Shown piece after piece: positions 26,221 to 40,078 of a stretch of DNA of 64,000 bases. The notes under the pieces are model-generated. The model made no database searches. It was given only the letters and a program-made list of their open reading frames with translations, and was not told where the DNA came from. This DNA comes from Octopus sinensis. Taxonomy: Eukaryota. The DNA is taken from positions 87,544,001 through 87,608,000 of the forward strand of contig NC_042998.1 of the NCBI RefSeq assembly GCF_006345805.1. The letters run 5' to 3'. Numbering within the stretch: position 1 is the first letter of the stretch; each line of letters opens with the position of its first letter. Position numbers and translations under genes: made by a program.

Positions 26221-27949
26221 ACCATGAAGCGAACCGGCATCTCAATCAGTGAAAATGTGAACTTCATGACTTATACGCTGTGGAAACCGGGTAGCCGGCT
26301 TCTCAATCCTAGTGTTCGAGAAAAAAATACTCTGATATGGAAAAGCCTGCACGCTCCGAGAATACGGATTATTATTTGTGCTCAGTCAAAATAATCTTTT
26401 TTTTAATGTAATCAGGGAAATTCAATAAAACTAATGGTCTGCTATTTATAAAAAGAAGTCAGCTGAGTAAAAATCCCAAACCTAAGGTATGTTGGCGAAT
26501 AGTGAAGTAGTTCTGAAGAAGATTTTTCAATATCTGATGAAAAGTCTGTCAGAAATGTAAGAAATATCTTTTTTTTTGTGCTAAATATTTACTTGCATCG
26601 TTTATTTGAAACAATAATCTAAGTGTTTTTTAAACACTTTAGAATAATTGCTTTTCTTAATTTTTTTTAAATCCCGCATTTTTATTTTCACAGCTGTTAT
26701 GGGAAATTTATTTTGGCATCAAGATGTTAGAAACATTTCATTTCATAGGTTACAATACACTAAACAAGGCATTCTTCTAATTTGAGTCTATTAAACCATG
26801 AAATTATTTGTTTGGAAATTCATAAAAATTAAAATGTCGAAAAATATATTTGCTTAAAAGAAAATATTTAATCTTGCATTGTTTTTTAAAGCAATACTAC
26901 ATAATAATTACTTTGTAATTTATTTATATCAGATACTAATTTATATATACCAACCAAGCATTTCTAGATAATTTTTTATTAAAAAAAAGACTATAGGTAA
27001 AATTTGTTTCATATTAAGGACATGAATCTCGAAACTGTTAGAGAAAAAATGGAAAGTTGACATTGTTTTTAATTTAGGGTATTAGTGACGAAAAGTAGTG
27101 AAATGAAATAACTACGTTAGAGAATCGAAACAGACGATTTAATTCACCAGGAAATAAATTTTACGGTGACATGGAAAAAATTTTAAGAGAATGTTTATCG
27201 AGAACTTTAGAGAAAATGTAATTAGATACAATTATCAATGCTAGTTTTGTAACGTTAATTTGTGATATAAAGAAATAAATTCTGTATTTACAAATATTTA
27301 GTTTAACTGCGAAGTAAAGGCTTTCGTTAAAGATCACTTAGCAAATCAGATTCGTGAAATACCATTCTCGTTAGAATGTTTGCTAGTTTCACTTTAGTCA
27401 CGTGATTCTCTCGCGTACGCATACAAAAATTTTAGTAAGGAAAACAAATTGTATTGATTTGAAAGAATACGATTTAATTTGTTTGTGTAACCTGTTAGTG
27501 AATGAAGTAGAAACGGCAATGTGTAAAGTGTCCATCAGTGAACGTGGTTGCATAGACTAAGCAGTATGGATAAATCACCCATTTACTGACGATAGAGGTA
27601 TTTTTGCTAAAACGAGTTAAACAACCATTTCCGATTAATCTCCGACCGAATTGAACAAAACAAGTCTTTAAGTCTTCACTGTCTTCTTTCAATGTATCAA
27701 GTGACCTGTTTGTTATTACCTCCAGAAATACCCTTTTTTTGTGTAGATAAGACATTTCGCTCCTCTCCAACCTTCCCTAACCATGTATCATCCATTATCA
27801 ACATTAAATGTGCATTGATTCCATTTACGGAGACCACAAAAGCACTGCTAGTATTGAAACGCCATCATGCCCAATAAGCATGAACAGCACTTACAACTAG
27901 CGAAAGCACGAATGAGATGCCCAATGCTGTATTGACACTCTGGACTTCA

Positions 27950-28320
27950 TACAAGGAAAGGCCGCTCGATTTGGCATAAAACCAGTCTCGGACATGCTCC
28001 AGCCTCTTTCTCACAGAAGTGCTATCTTATCTCTCTGCTCTTTCTACCACTGCTGTTATGGCCACTGCTTGTTGGAACTGACTGGCTTTGTTTTTCCATC
28101 ACCTAGACACTCTTATTCTCTCCACCTCTCGAAACACTTGCCTCCAGCTCCCCAAACCCTGTACCTAATTGTATGCCAGTCATTATCTACCTTACTTGAA
28201 CAACGGCCGTCTGGAGTATCCTCTTAGCTGATATCTTTCATGTAAGTTCGACGCACAGCAGTTTAACGGAACATAAATGACATCAATCTCACTGGTCTAG
28301 CAGGACCTTCAAGGGCCATG
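27950..28320 (+). mobile_element. CR1/Jockey-group LINE ORF2 C-terminal relic
   Basis: LQPLSHRSAILSLCSFYHCCYGHC..EL resembles the LQPLSHRR.VASLSLFYRY..G.CS.EL C-terminus of this LINE group. Confidence 0.6.
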
Positions 28321-29274
28321 AACACTATCCCTTCTTCTAAACTCATAAAATATATATTTAAAGTCATCTTCATTTGGGGTTCAGTTCTATCAGTCTCATA
28401 AACCATATAGTTTGTGTATTTGTGCACATACATTGTGTGTGTGTATATATATTTATTACTATGTATGCATATCTAATTATAGCAGCTGGCACCTTACATT
28501 TAATTATTTGAATTTCACGTTCCCGCTTATCAAACGAGACACGACGTGCGCTTTTGCATTGGTCAGAATATAGGCAAGCGTGTGGGAAAATGTCTTCGTA
28601 GGATCAGCAGATACTTAATGGAAAAGGTAAGAGAAGAGAAGGAAAGAAAACGGAGAAAATGATGCATTTTTAGTAATGGACGGGGAGTGGATAAAGAGAA
28701 GCTTAGTGTAGGCGTTTGTGATTACTGACTTTTGGAATTAAACTGAAGGTGAATGAAGTGTTGAAAATTGCGCACGCAGGTGCTGGTGTTCATTCCAGTC
28801 GTACACATTTCAACGAAATTTCGAAATGATGATTATAACAAGCAATTTACTTTCACACTACGTCTGATACACTCGAGAAGCTATCTGGAGGAGGTAAATA
28901 AAATGATAAATAACAAAACAATTATTTTTAATTTAATGACGGTGTTCACGAGGTTATGCAGCTCCAAATGTAGGGCATGCATAGATGTGGTTAAGAAGCT
29001 CACTTTACAGCTACGTGTTTGGATTTAGTTCTACTACACGGCACTTACGGCAAGTGTATTGAACTATATCTCCGGACTATTGAATGAACATTGTATACAT
29101 AAACTGTGAGAAACCCCGAGCATGTATTTTATTAAGGCGTCGAGCTGACAGAACCGTTAGCAAGCTTGGTCGGGATGCTGGTTAAGTCGCTGACGATCCT
29201 ACCACGCAACAGGGTGTTCTGAATTGCATGTTACCAGTAGCACAAGAGCGACCTGATACACGCGGGCGCATGTG

Positions 29275-29485
29275 CCTTTGTTTCTGTGTTTGTATCCCCA
29301 CCGTCGAGTGATAACCGGTGTTGGTTCGTTTATATATGTTATTTTGTGGTTCGGCGAAATAAACCGATAGAATGGATACCAGGCTTAAAGAAAACGTAAT
29401 GGGGTCGATTTGTTCAACTAAAATACTTTGTGGTGCCTCAGAATGGTGGCGGCAGTCTAATGACTGAAACAAGAGAAAGATAGAT
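29275..29485 (+). mobile_element. SINE 3' module, family B
   Basis: accggtgttggt..ggttcggcgaaa..ccgatagaat..ggggtcgatttgttcaactaaa..aatgactgaaacaag; shared with the copies at 147, 31681 and 56335. Confidence 0.75.
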
Positions 29486-31680
29486 TTCACAAGACACAGA
29501 AGCGTCACTGGCATATGGATAAAAGTTGTCAGAAGCGACGAAGATATGGAACAAAAAATGTGTGTACGTGGACTTGGAGAAGCTTATGAAAATGGTGTAA
29601 GAGCCTACAAGCTCACCGTAGGCGGTACTTTCTTTAAATATTTCTATGTTATAAGAACTTAGAACACTTGAGTTAAAGTAAATTCTTTTTTTCGGTGTGG
29701 AAGTAGATAAAGCTATGAATTATAGCGGTTAAAAAATACGATTGGTATGAAAAAATTAGTTGAAGGCTTCTTGAGGAGCATGAAACCACGTCTGTGAACA
29801 TGACAGACGTGCTTATCATTGTACCTAGGGAACAATTCGAATTCTCTCCATCTATTTTAGAAGCCTTGTTCTTACAAGCAAAAATTAAATGAGTTTTATA
29901 TTACTTTGAGAGAATTATTTTATTTAATGCGAAACAAGTAGATAAAGCTATAAGTTATAGCGTGTAGAACTTGAATTATAGAAACCCATTGGAGAAAATA
30001 AAAGTCGAAGGCTGCCCTTCCACTTCTTACCATCTAATAGTTTTTACTACCCCACTATTTCAATATTCATACGCTATTATTTATAGCTTTACCTACTTTG
30101 AGTTCCACCGTAAAAACGTTTATAAATAGATTTAGATACCTCGAAATAGCAAAAATATCATAATCAAGTTCATAATATTTTGATAAATCAGCAATATAAT
30201 AAAAATCAATATTGAAAAAATATTGGTTTTCATTGATGTCCTTTACGTCAAATGACGTTGGAGGCGACATCAGTAACAAATTGGTCCAAAGAAGCTGAAT
30301 ATACCTCTCATCTACAAGAATGTAGATGCCGTAACAAAATCGATCATTACTAAATAAAGCTACTGATTTAAATCCTGTATTGAAATTTTTCACTATAAAT
30401 ACTCTTTTGAAATGAAAGAACTTAATTAAAGCTTGTTATTTCATTGCTAGTATGATTCTTGATCTCAATAGATTCTAGACGCATGTAGAGGGATACTCAT
30501 TATATTTGTCTCGTTCTATAATCAGTTTTCAATCAGAAGTTTTGTACTTGTCCATCATAATTCAGGATCAAGTTTTTTTTTGCTAAGAAACTATAAAACT
30601 TATTCTTGAATTCTAATTATAAAATTCTTAATTTTTTCCCTTTCCTTTGAGAAATCTTATTCGATTTAGAAATGAATTAGTCTTCTTTCATTCCAGCAAT
30701 TTTGAAATTTTATACAATTTTCAGGCATTCATTTCATCTGATATATTGATAGTTACAACATAACTAATTATAGATGATACAGGTTGCTATAGCAATATTT
30801 AGAATACGGAGGCGATAAGTCTTTGAACATATTTTTATCTAATTACTTATATTTATTTATCTTATTGTATGTTTAGTTCCAATGAAAGAATATTCTAAAT
30901 TCAATTGGTTTAGAATAAAAATATCTGTTTTATTTTGCTTTAATCTATGATCAGATATGGGGTGCATACAGGCTATAGAATATTCTAAAATAGTCTTCGG
31001 TAAGTTATGGAGATATCGTTTAGTTAATACTGTTCCTTTGTTTGTAGTAGAACCTGTCAACTACTCGAGTTACAGGTCAAATAGTAGAAGAGATCCAGTG
31101 GACTTGGAGGAACGTTGGCTTTAGGGTGTGTCACACCGGCGCATCAGTGTGTGAACATGACCTGACGTCACGTGAATTAATAATCCCTCCACCGAAAATT
31201 TCAATAGATCCTGTGCCTCAAAAGCTAGCTTGGGAGGATCGAGAATGACCAGAGTACAACATTAATACACTGGCAGAAGCTACTTAACCACTGCTGAATC
31301 TTCTCTCAAAAAATCATGAACACTGACTCTTTATTCATTCAATGTGTATTCTTTTGGCTATCTTGTAAACACAAACGTGAAATTTCTAACGGTGAAGCGA
31401 AATTATAAGAACGTAAACATACTCGTGCCGTTCTATCGAGTGCAGGAAAAGATTGAGGAGATTCTTAACCGAGTCGGTTGCAGTCTATTGATCACTTATC
31501 AGAAGGACCGTGTTCAATTTCTTTTCATTTTCCAACTGAAAGTACATTCGAGCCGAATGTTTGGTTCGTTGTATTGCAGTCAAAGTTTAACCTGCCACAG
31601 TTATGGATAGCTTAATTTGAATATGTGTGCTCTAGACAATTTGTCATTGTGTTTGCGTGTGTGTGTGTGTGTGTGTGTGT

Positions 31681-32250
31681 GGTGTACGTCTTTATGTTGG
31701 TGTTTCACCGTTCGACAACCAGTGTTTGCTTGAGGTTCGGTAATATATGCATCAAATGAAATAATGGATCTTTTCGGCTTGAACGGCAGTTTTTAACATA
31801 CTTTCTAGGTAACTAAAAAAATTTAAACTTCGTATACTGGTAGAATGTGTTTATAAAACATCTTTTTCTCTTGGCTTTATTGAGAAAATTCTATAGTTTG
31901 TAAGATATTTGTTGGTTTCTTTTCTTCAATTTCTGCAATTTCAACCAATGAAATACGTCTATTGAGGTAAAAAACATTCTGTGCCGTATGAATATGTCTC
32001 TCGTTTAAGAAACAGATTGGGTTTATTTACATTTGTGAAGAAAAAAAGATACCCTTCCCTAACCCAGATTGAAATGCAATAGATCGATACTAGGGTCATA
32101 ATTATGGGTGACAATTTCATATGACACTGCTAAAAAAAACTGCCGTTCAAACCGAAAAGATCCGAAATAATTGCTGGGTCGGTATAATCAACTAAACCCT
32201 TGAAGTAGTGCTCCAGCGTGGTCATAATCAAGTGACTGAAATTAATGAAA
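31681..32250 (+). mobile_element. Family B SINE module interrupted by a MITE
   Basis: The left part (31681-31765) and right part (32172-32250) align consecutively to the 29275-29485 copy; preceded by (GT)n. Confidence 0.7.
31766..32163. mobile_element. 398-bp MITE with 29-bp TIRs and 8-bp TSD (Merlin-like by GG termini; hAT/P not excluded)
   Basis: TIR GGATCTTTTCGG(C/T)TTGAACGGCAGTTTTT at 31766-31794 and 32135-32163 (1 mismatch); TSD GAAATAAT at 31758-31765 and 32164-32171. Confidence 0.9.
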
Positions 32251-32823
32251 CATTAAAATGATATAGTTCTCTCAATATAGAGATTAATTGTAGGCTGATT
32301 ATCAAGAATCCTAAAAATTTCCCTAATGTAGATTATGTTCTGAAGTTGTACAATAAGTTCTGTGAGTGTGAACATAAATTCAGCCAATGCACTGTTTTTT
32401 CTGAGCGGCCGATAAAGGTGTGATTCTGTTGTTTGTTCCATTATTTCTTGTGGATTTATTATATGAACTTCAACAGACAGCTGACAATGAATCTATTGTT
32501 AGTGAAGGTCAGCAGTTGCATACAATACCTTATTATGTGTTCGGATTACCGAAAAAGGCTTCTTGTCAAAAGTGTTGTGAAATAAATATCTGTCAGGAGT
32601 TTAGGAAAGAAAAAGTCATTCGTTTTACATCGGCGCATGATTAATGTATGACTTGATGGCGTATTATATCACAGAATTCACTTGAAATCTATAACCAAGA
32701 CCAGAGTTCATAATAAGACTGGTCGACACAGCTAAGAACTATAAATTGAAGCTGGTTAATAGAGTATAAATATTTACCGAGAATTGAACACCGCACAAGC
32801 TAATAAAGCGATTATTAATTTTT

Positions 32824-33030
32824 TTCTACTCTAAGCAGAAGGCCTGAAATTGTGGGAGTGAGGGTATGTCGATAGTACATCAACCTCAGTAGCTTAGTGG
32901 CACTTATTTTATCGATACCAGAAGAATGAACAAGTCGACTTCGGCAAAATTTGAACTCGGAACGTAAAACCGGGAAAAATGCTGCTAAGCATTTTGTCCA
33001 GCGTGCTAAAGACTGCCAGGTCACCGCCTT
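32824..33030 (-). mobile_element. Family A SINE
   Basis: The reverse complement gives aaggcggtgacctggcag..gagttcaaattttgccgaagtcgac..ataagtg..ggcctt. Confidence 0.8.
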
Positions 33031-33618
33031 AAAACATTCATTAATAAAACTGGTTTTGTTGTTTTTAGCGAGAAATGTGTTGTCCTCGTGACATTTACAT
33101 GGATTAAATCTTTTGAGTGTTTAGCGTGTTGGCCACAGATACAATTAACCCTTCAGTTCGTTGCCTCATGTCTAAACTGACTCAATCATCTGCAACACGC
33201 AACTTAAACATTATAATAACTAGCGAAAAAAGAAGTGAGAAATGATTTAGATGGCTGGAATATTTTCTATGTAAATAAATAATTACATTAACATATAAAA
33301 GCAATATGATGTATGTATTTTTTACAAACAGGGCAGCTGAACTAAATAAATAAAAGTGACACTTCCTGGTCCATCTAGTCATCATAATGCTTCGTTATAT
33401 ATTTAATTCGTTTGTTTTAACATCAATCCCTGTTTTTATCCTTATCACATATAGACCAAGCAGACAAATTACCTTTCGCGCCGTATCTTTATCTTACGCA
33501 ATTAGAAAGTGAATAAATTACGCCCACAGGTATTAATGGCATACTTCAGTGTCAGTATAGAATATACGGATATTTTGTTGGATCAACACACGTGAGTGCA
33601 GATAGGTGTGTATATGTG

Positions 33619-33620
<2 letters not shown>

Positions 33621-33680
<60 letters not shown>
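33621..33680. repeat. (AG)30 microsatellite followed by GT-rich repeat
   Basis: Read directly. Confidence 0.98.
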
Positions 33681-33682
<2 letters not shown>

Positions 33683-34411
33683 TGTGTGTATGTGTGTTAG
33701 TTTGTGCATGCATGTCTGTGCAAGCGTGTGGTTGTGTGAATGTAGGTGTTATTTTGGGAGTCTAGTTATATATGTATGCGTACATACGTGTTTTCTAGTG
33801 GTTTCCGCTTGTTAGTTATGTACGCATGTATGCATATACGTATGTATGCATGTAGTTATTTTTGCCTGTAAGTGTGCCTATATCTTTCCATATGTATTTC
33901 CTGTAATTAACTGAAGCATTGTATTCAGATTTTAACATTGATCACGAAAGAAAAAAATGGAACGAATAAAAAATGGAACGAATAAAAAATGGAAGGAAAA
34001 ATAAAAAAAAAAACAAAAACCCATCTGCATCTGCCTCAGAATTCCAAAATGTTTGATCCGTAATTTTATATTAATGCGTATCGGGAGAAATAGTAAATTA
34101 AGAGAAAATTCCCTTGAGATCCCTAGTCTCTGAGTTCAAACGGCACAGAGCTTTGATTTTGCTTTTCATCCTGTGAGGGTTGATAAAATAATGGATTAGT
34201 TGATTCTGGCACCAGTTTAATCAGATGTAACCATTCTTTAGATTTCGTGTCTTGTACCTATGCATGGAATAAACAATTAAGTGAAACCATTTTATTTGAA
34301 GTAACAATAAACAAAAGTAACATGCTTTCTACGAATATTGTAAACCTTCCTGTAATACATCAACAGCTGTCATCAGAAAAAACATTTGTCATAGAGCAAG
34401 AATTACTTTAT

Positions 34412-34454
<43 letters not shown>

Positions 34455-34846
34455 TGTGTGTGTGTGTGACACAGACATACACATATACAAGAGAAGTATA
34501 ACCGAATGTTTAACAAGTTTGCTACTCAGCTGCGAGATGCCGCGTTCAATTTAATTGGACTGTATCTTGGGTCAATGTTACTTTCTATAGCTTCGGGTCG
34601 ACCGATACTCTTTGTTGAAATAATTGAAAGAAATTGAATAGAAACCATCGGCTGAATTTAATTCCTTCTGATTAAAGAATATACTAGTTCTCACCTACTA
34701 TGTCATGCTGAGAATAATGATATGAAAATTACTTCTAGGAAAACACTTATTTGTAAATAGAGGAAAAAGTAAATCGAATGAGCGAGATCCGCCATACACG
34801 CATGTATACAAACATATATACAAATATAGATAAATACACACACACT

Positions 34847-34878
<32 letters not shown>

Positions 34879-34885
34879 TATGTAT

Positions 34886-34997
34886 AGGCGCGTGCGTAGC
34901 TGTGTAGTAAGAAGCTTGCTTCCCAGCCACATGTTTCTGGGTTCTGTTCTACTGCGTGGCACATTGGACAAGTGTCTTTTACTATAGTCTCGGGCCG
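34886..34997 (+). mobile_element. tRNA-derived SINE head with CORE-like box (octopus OK/OR-type), truncated
   Basis: A-box-like tagctgtgtagt, B-box-like gggttctgttc, and ggcacattggacaagtgtctt resembling the CORE ccttgggcaagt motif. Confidence 0.7.
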
Positions 34998-34999
34998 GC

Positions 35000-35770
<771 letters not shown>

Positions 35771-35834
35771 AGGGCAGGTTTTTTTCGGTTTCCGTCTACC
35801 AGATCAACACACAAGGGTTTTGCTGGCCCGAGAC
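35771..35834 (-). mobile_element. Tail of the CORE-like SINE in inverted orientation
   Basis: The minus strand reads gtctcgggccagcaaaacccttgtgtgttgatctggtagacggaaaccgaaaaaaacctgccc, then (TA)n. Confidence 0.65.
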
Positions 35835-35839
35835 AATAT

Positions 35840-36420
35840 AATTTTCGAATCACATGCACCATATTACAATACTGCTTTAGCTAGGGCTGGAAACCACGAG
35901 AAAATTCAATACACACGAGACACAGGCATACACAGCCCTGCCTATTCCTCTAATAATAATGCGCATTGCACACCATCACAACGTTACGGTATGCGAACTG
36001 ACTCAGATCCAGAATACAGGCCAAGAAGAATTGGTCAAGGCCATAAACTACTAATCAAAACTCATAGACACACACAACACAATGATTCTGCTGCTCATAA
36101 CACAGTAAATTATCCCAACCCTGTACAACGCGCTAGAACAAATAAGCCAAACAACAAATATAGGGACTATGATGTCTTCTGGTACAACGCAATTTTCGGT
36201 TCACATGTTATGTTTCAACTAAGATCGCTAGGAAATATTTTGCCGCTTTAGGCAAACGTTTCCCTTAATCAAATAGACCCCATGTTATTTTTAATTGACA
36301 CATTGTAAAGATATCTTACGGTGACTCTATCAATTTAGAGCAGCATATGCGCCGCATTAACAATAGTAATATGAAACAACATTTCAATAATCCACCTACT
36401 GGAACTAGCAAACAAATGCA
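35840..36420 (+). mobile_element. Penelope-like element relic (RT thumb/linker region)
   Basis: [28 protein letters not shown] (~WFNPPF) and KRFP*SNRPHVIFN*HIVKISY (~KHFP..HRL.KIFNR.TVKVSY) are typical of PLE ORFs. Confidence 0.75.
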
Positions 36421-36487
36421 TCAAAATACCAACAAAAGAGATGCAAACCACAATGAAAGGCGATGATATATATATTCATATATATAT

Positions 36488-36823
36488 GACGACGTAGCAC
36501 TCCGTCGGTTACGACTTCGAGGGTTCCAGTTGATCCGATCAGTAGAACAGCCTACTCGCGAAATTAACTCCACACAGGGAGATTCAGTGTGACACAGAGT
36601 GTGACAAAGCTGGCTCTTTGTAATACAGGTACAACAGAAACAGGAAAAGTGAGAGAAAGTTGTGGTGAAAGAGTACAGCAGGGTTCGCCACCACCCCTGC
36701 CGGAGCTTCGTGGAGCTTTAGGTGTTTTCGCTCAATAAACACTCACAACACCCAGTCTGGGAATCGAAACCGCGATCCTACGACCGCTAGTCCGCTGTCC
36801 TAACCAGTGGGCCACTGCACCTC
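36488..36823 (-). mobile_element. tRNA-derived SINE (third family)
   Basis: Minus strand: ggtgcagtggcccactggttagg (A box), gcggtttcgattccc (B box), then a ~270-nt body; adjacent to (CA)n. Confidence 0.85.
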
Positions 36824-36842
36824 CATACACACACACACACAA

Positions 36843-36899
<57 letters not shown>

Positions 36900-36914
36900 A
36901 CACACACACACACA

Positions 36915-37610
36915 CACAAGAGGTGGTATCAAAAAGTTTCCGTTGTTTAATAAAACAATTTATTTACTTATATTTTAACATCCTCTGCTTCGAAATAGTC
37001 ACCTTGTGCAGCTATACACCGGTCCCAGCGTTCTTGACACTTTTAGGATCCGGCCTGGAAGTTATTTTCTGTATGAGCGTCGAGGACTTTCTGCGATTCG
37101 CTCAGGATCTAGACAATGTTGCTAAAACGGTGACCCTTGAGCTGCCTTTTCATTTTGGGGGAAGAGATGGAAGTCCGCAGGTGCTAAATCCAGCGAATAG
37201 GGTGGGTGCGGAAGCGACACCATGTCGTTTTTGGCAAGAAATTCACGAGCGAGGAAAGCTTGGTAACAGGGCGCACTGTCGTCGTGAAGAAACCATTTCT
37301 TCACGCTCCACAGATCCGGTCGCTTTCACTGAATGTCCTATTCTCGATGCACAATATCGCACATGTCGGAAAAAACGAGAGCATGTTCTTGATTGAGCTG
37401 CGGTTCTGTCGTGCCTTCTTCGATCGTGGAGATGAAGGCCTTTTCCACTGTGACGACAGCTGCTTCATCTCAGGGTCGTACGCATAGACCCAAGTCTCGT
37501 CATCAGTGATGATCCTTAACATGAAGGATCGGTCATCAACAGCACCCTGACGGGGATCTTAACAGACTTCGATGCAACCTTCTTTTTGTCAAAATCACTT
37601 GGCCACTGGA
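36915..37610 (-). mobile_element. Mariner (DD34D) transposon, internally deleted and frameshifted
   Basis: ITDDETWVYAYDPE, WFLHDDSAP and HPPYSLDLAPADFHLFP, with 34 residues between the 2nd and 3rd Asp; a TIR-like end gaggtggtatcaaaaagtttccg at ~36920; the other end is lost. Confidence 0.92.
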
Positions 37611-38322
37611 CAGAAAGGGACACAGCATAAACAAATATCTTAACCATAAACACACACTTGGGCACAGTCATACACTCACTCATACACGCACATACTGGAC
37701 TCACACAGACATATAACTGCGCACATATACGCATATACACGAACACACACAAACACATAACCACAGACACGCACGCATATACGCAGACACACGCAAACAG
37801 ATGACCACACACATACACGCATATACACGGAGACACACAGACACATAACCACACATATATATCTCAGCTCTCATCCTATGTCACTGAAGCATTACATCTC
37901 CCCTACATTGCTTGCCACAACTAAACATGATAATTTACTACGTTTCTTAGAAGAAAATATTTGTTTTTGCAGCTAGGAAATAGACTGGTGTGACGCTTGA
38001 AACTTTCCTAGCGCAATGTCAGTGTAAGTAGTTTCAAGCAATAAGTAAAAAAACGGCTGCACGAACATCCTCTAGTTTCCGATTAGCATATTTAACTTAA
38101 AAAGAACCGATGAATACGGTGAAAATTTTCCCAAGGTACCGTTTTGTGAGATAGAACCCTGGACTGCATATTTGCAAAATAAACTTCTTAATTGCACATC
38201 TGGACCTGTGCATATGAGTGTATTTACATTAACACCAGCAAATATTATTAGTGTATATGTACACACCCACACATTCATTTCATTTATTTATATAAATACT
38301 TTTATAATTATCTTTATCTTTG

Positions 38323-38391
<69 letters not shown>

Positions 38392-39084
38392 GTATAGCTG
38401 CACCCACACACATGCACGCACACGCGTATATGCACTAATATACATAATCTTGCTCACAATTGCAAACATTCTTTTGTTTCTCTTTCTCATAAAAAATCGA
38501 TGAATTGTCAGATAAAGTTTTCCCGAAATGAAAATATCGGTATCAATAACAGATATTAGATATTTTACTGAGTCTCACAATATCTGTCAACGATATTGCA
38601 AGTTTCTTTGTTACATTTCTTTGGCAAGTGATCTCATCTGAGATCGTGTTTTGAAAGTGAAACGATTTCTTAATAGTATAGTCATTAAACCGTTTAAAGC
38701 AGACCCTTTGATATGATCGTAAATGTACAATGAAAGGTTGGTACTTAATAACAAATATTATAGTCATTCTGCATTGGATTAGCAGAATTAAAATCGTGAT
38801 GGATAAAATGCATTGTGATATTTTGTAAGATACCTTTACGTTCTAAGTTCATATCTTGCTGGGGTCGACTTTCATTACCACTCTTCCGAGATCGATAAAA
38901 TGAAGTTACAATAAAGATTTACTTCTCAAATTTGTGGTCGTGTGCTTTTGTAAGAAATTAATATATGCTATTGTAAAAAAAAAAAAACCTTCAAGAAATA
39001 TACAAACAGATGCGTATTGTATTTAAAATGCTCCATTAAATCTACCACAAAGTAAATGATGTCACAAACGTTGGTATTACTTAC

Positions 39085-40066
39085 AACACAAAGGACAATT
39101 TAACTGCATCAGTAAAAATATCTGGATTGCATTAAAGAACAGGTAATGAAGCGGGTAATAGCAAAAAATAAGGAGAATGAAATACAAAGAGTGCATGTCA
39201 GACAGATTGAAGAGAAACCTCTGCATGGCCAATTTTGGAGAGCCACTGAAGACGTATGTGGAACAAAATCCTAGGCTTGGTTAAAAAATGGGCAATTACA
39301 AAAAAAAAAAAGAAACAGAGAGTATAATTGTAGCAGCCCAAGGTCAAGTGATTGAAATAAACAACTTGAGATTAAATATATATGGAGAGAATGTGTCAGA
39401 AAAATATAGAACCCGTGGAACTTGGAGCGAAACAGTGGCTGAATGCCCCAAGTTGGTACACGATGAATATAAGAAATGGAGGCACGATCAGGTTGTAAAA
39501 TGTTTACACTGGAAACTGTGCCACAAATGGGGATTTGAAGCTGGAAACAAATGATACAATCACCGAGTCGAAAGAGTACCAGGGTCGGAGAAATGTAAGA
39601 TTTTGTAGGACTTTACAAATCAAAAGGACAAGAAATTAGAAAACAGACCAGATATTACAATCATTGGAAAGTGAAGTTGCTTACTTATCGATCCATCATG
39701 CTCATTTGATTCCAGGATCGTAAAGAAAGATGAAGGAAAACAAACAAAAAAAAAAAACAAAAAACAATCACCTAAAATTTGAAATAGGAAGAATTTGGAA
39801 CATGCAAGCAATAAAGGTCGTGTCTGTAGTAATTGGTGTTTTGGGAACAGTAAGCCAAGATATAAACAAATGGCTGAAGGTGATTGAAATAGAATGCCTA
39901 GTAGAGCTCCTACTGAAATTTTGTCTCTTAGGAGCAATAAAGATTATCTGAAGGGCCCTAAGCACTTGAAAGACTGCTGAAAACATGTGGATACCTAAGG
40001 TTACAGGTAGTAACCCACTATACATATAATCCCTTCCAGGATAAGACCGATCCTGAGATAAACTAA
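39085..40066 (+). mobile_element. R4/Dong non-LTR retrotransposon 3' fragment (copy 1)
   Basis: KPLHGQF, ETESIIVAAQ.Q, RHDQVVKCLHWKLC and RPDI (restriction-like endonuclease, RLE); ends in (AAT)4. Confidence 0.85.
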
Positions 40067-40078
40067 AATAATAATAAT

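Noticed and set aside
30067-30393. 108-aa minus-strand ORF
   Set aside because: No motif or splice support; a few ORFs of this length are expected by chance in 64 kb.
36740-36823. tRNA gene (also considered for the family A heads)
   Set aside because: A and B boxes are present but there is no complete cloverleaf or acceptor stem, and each continues into a repeated SINE body.
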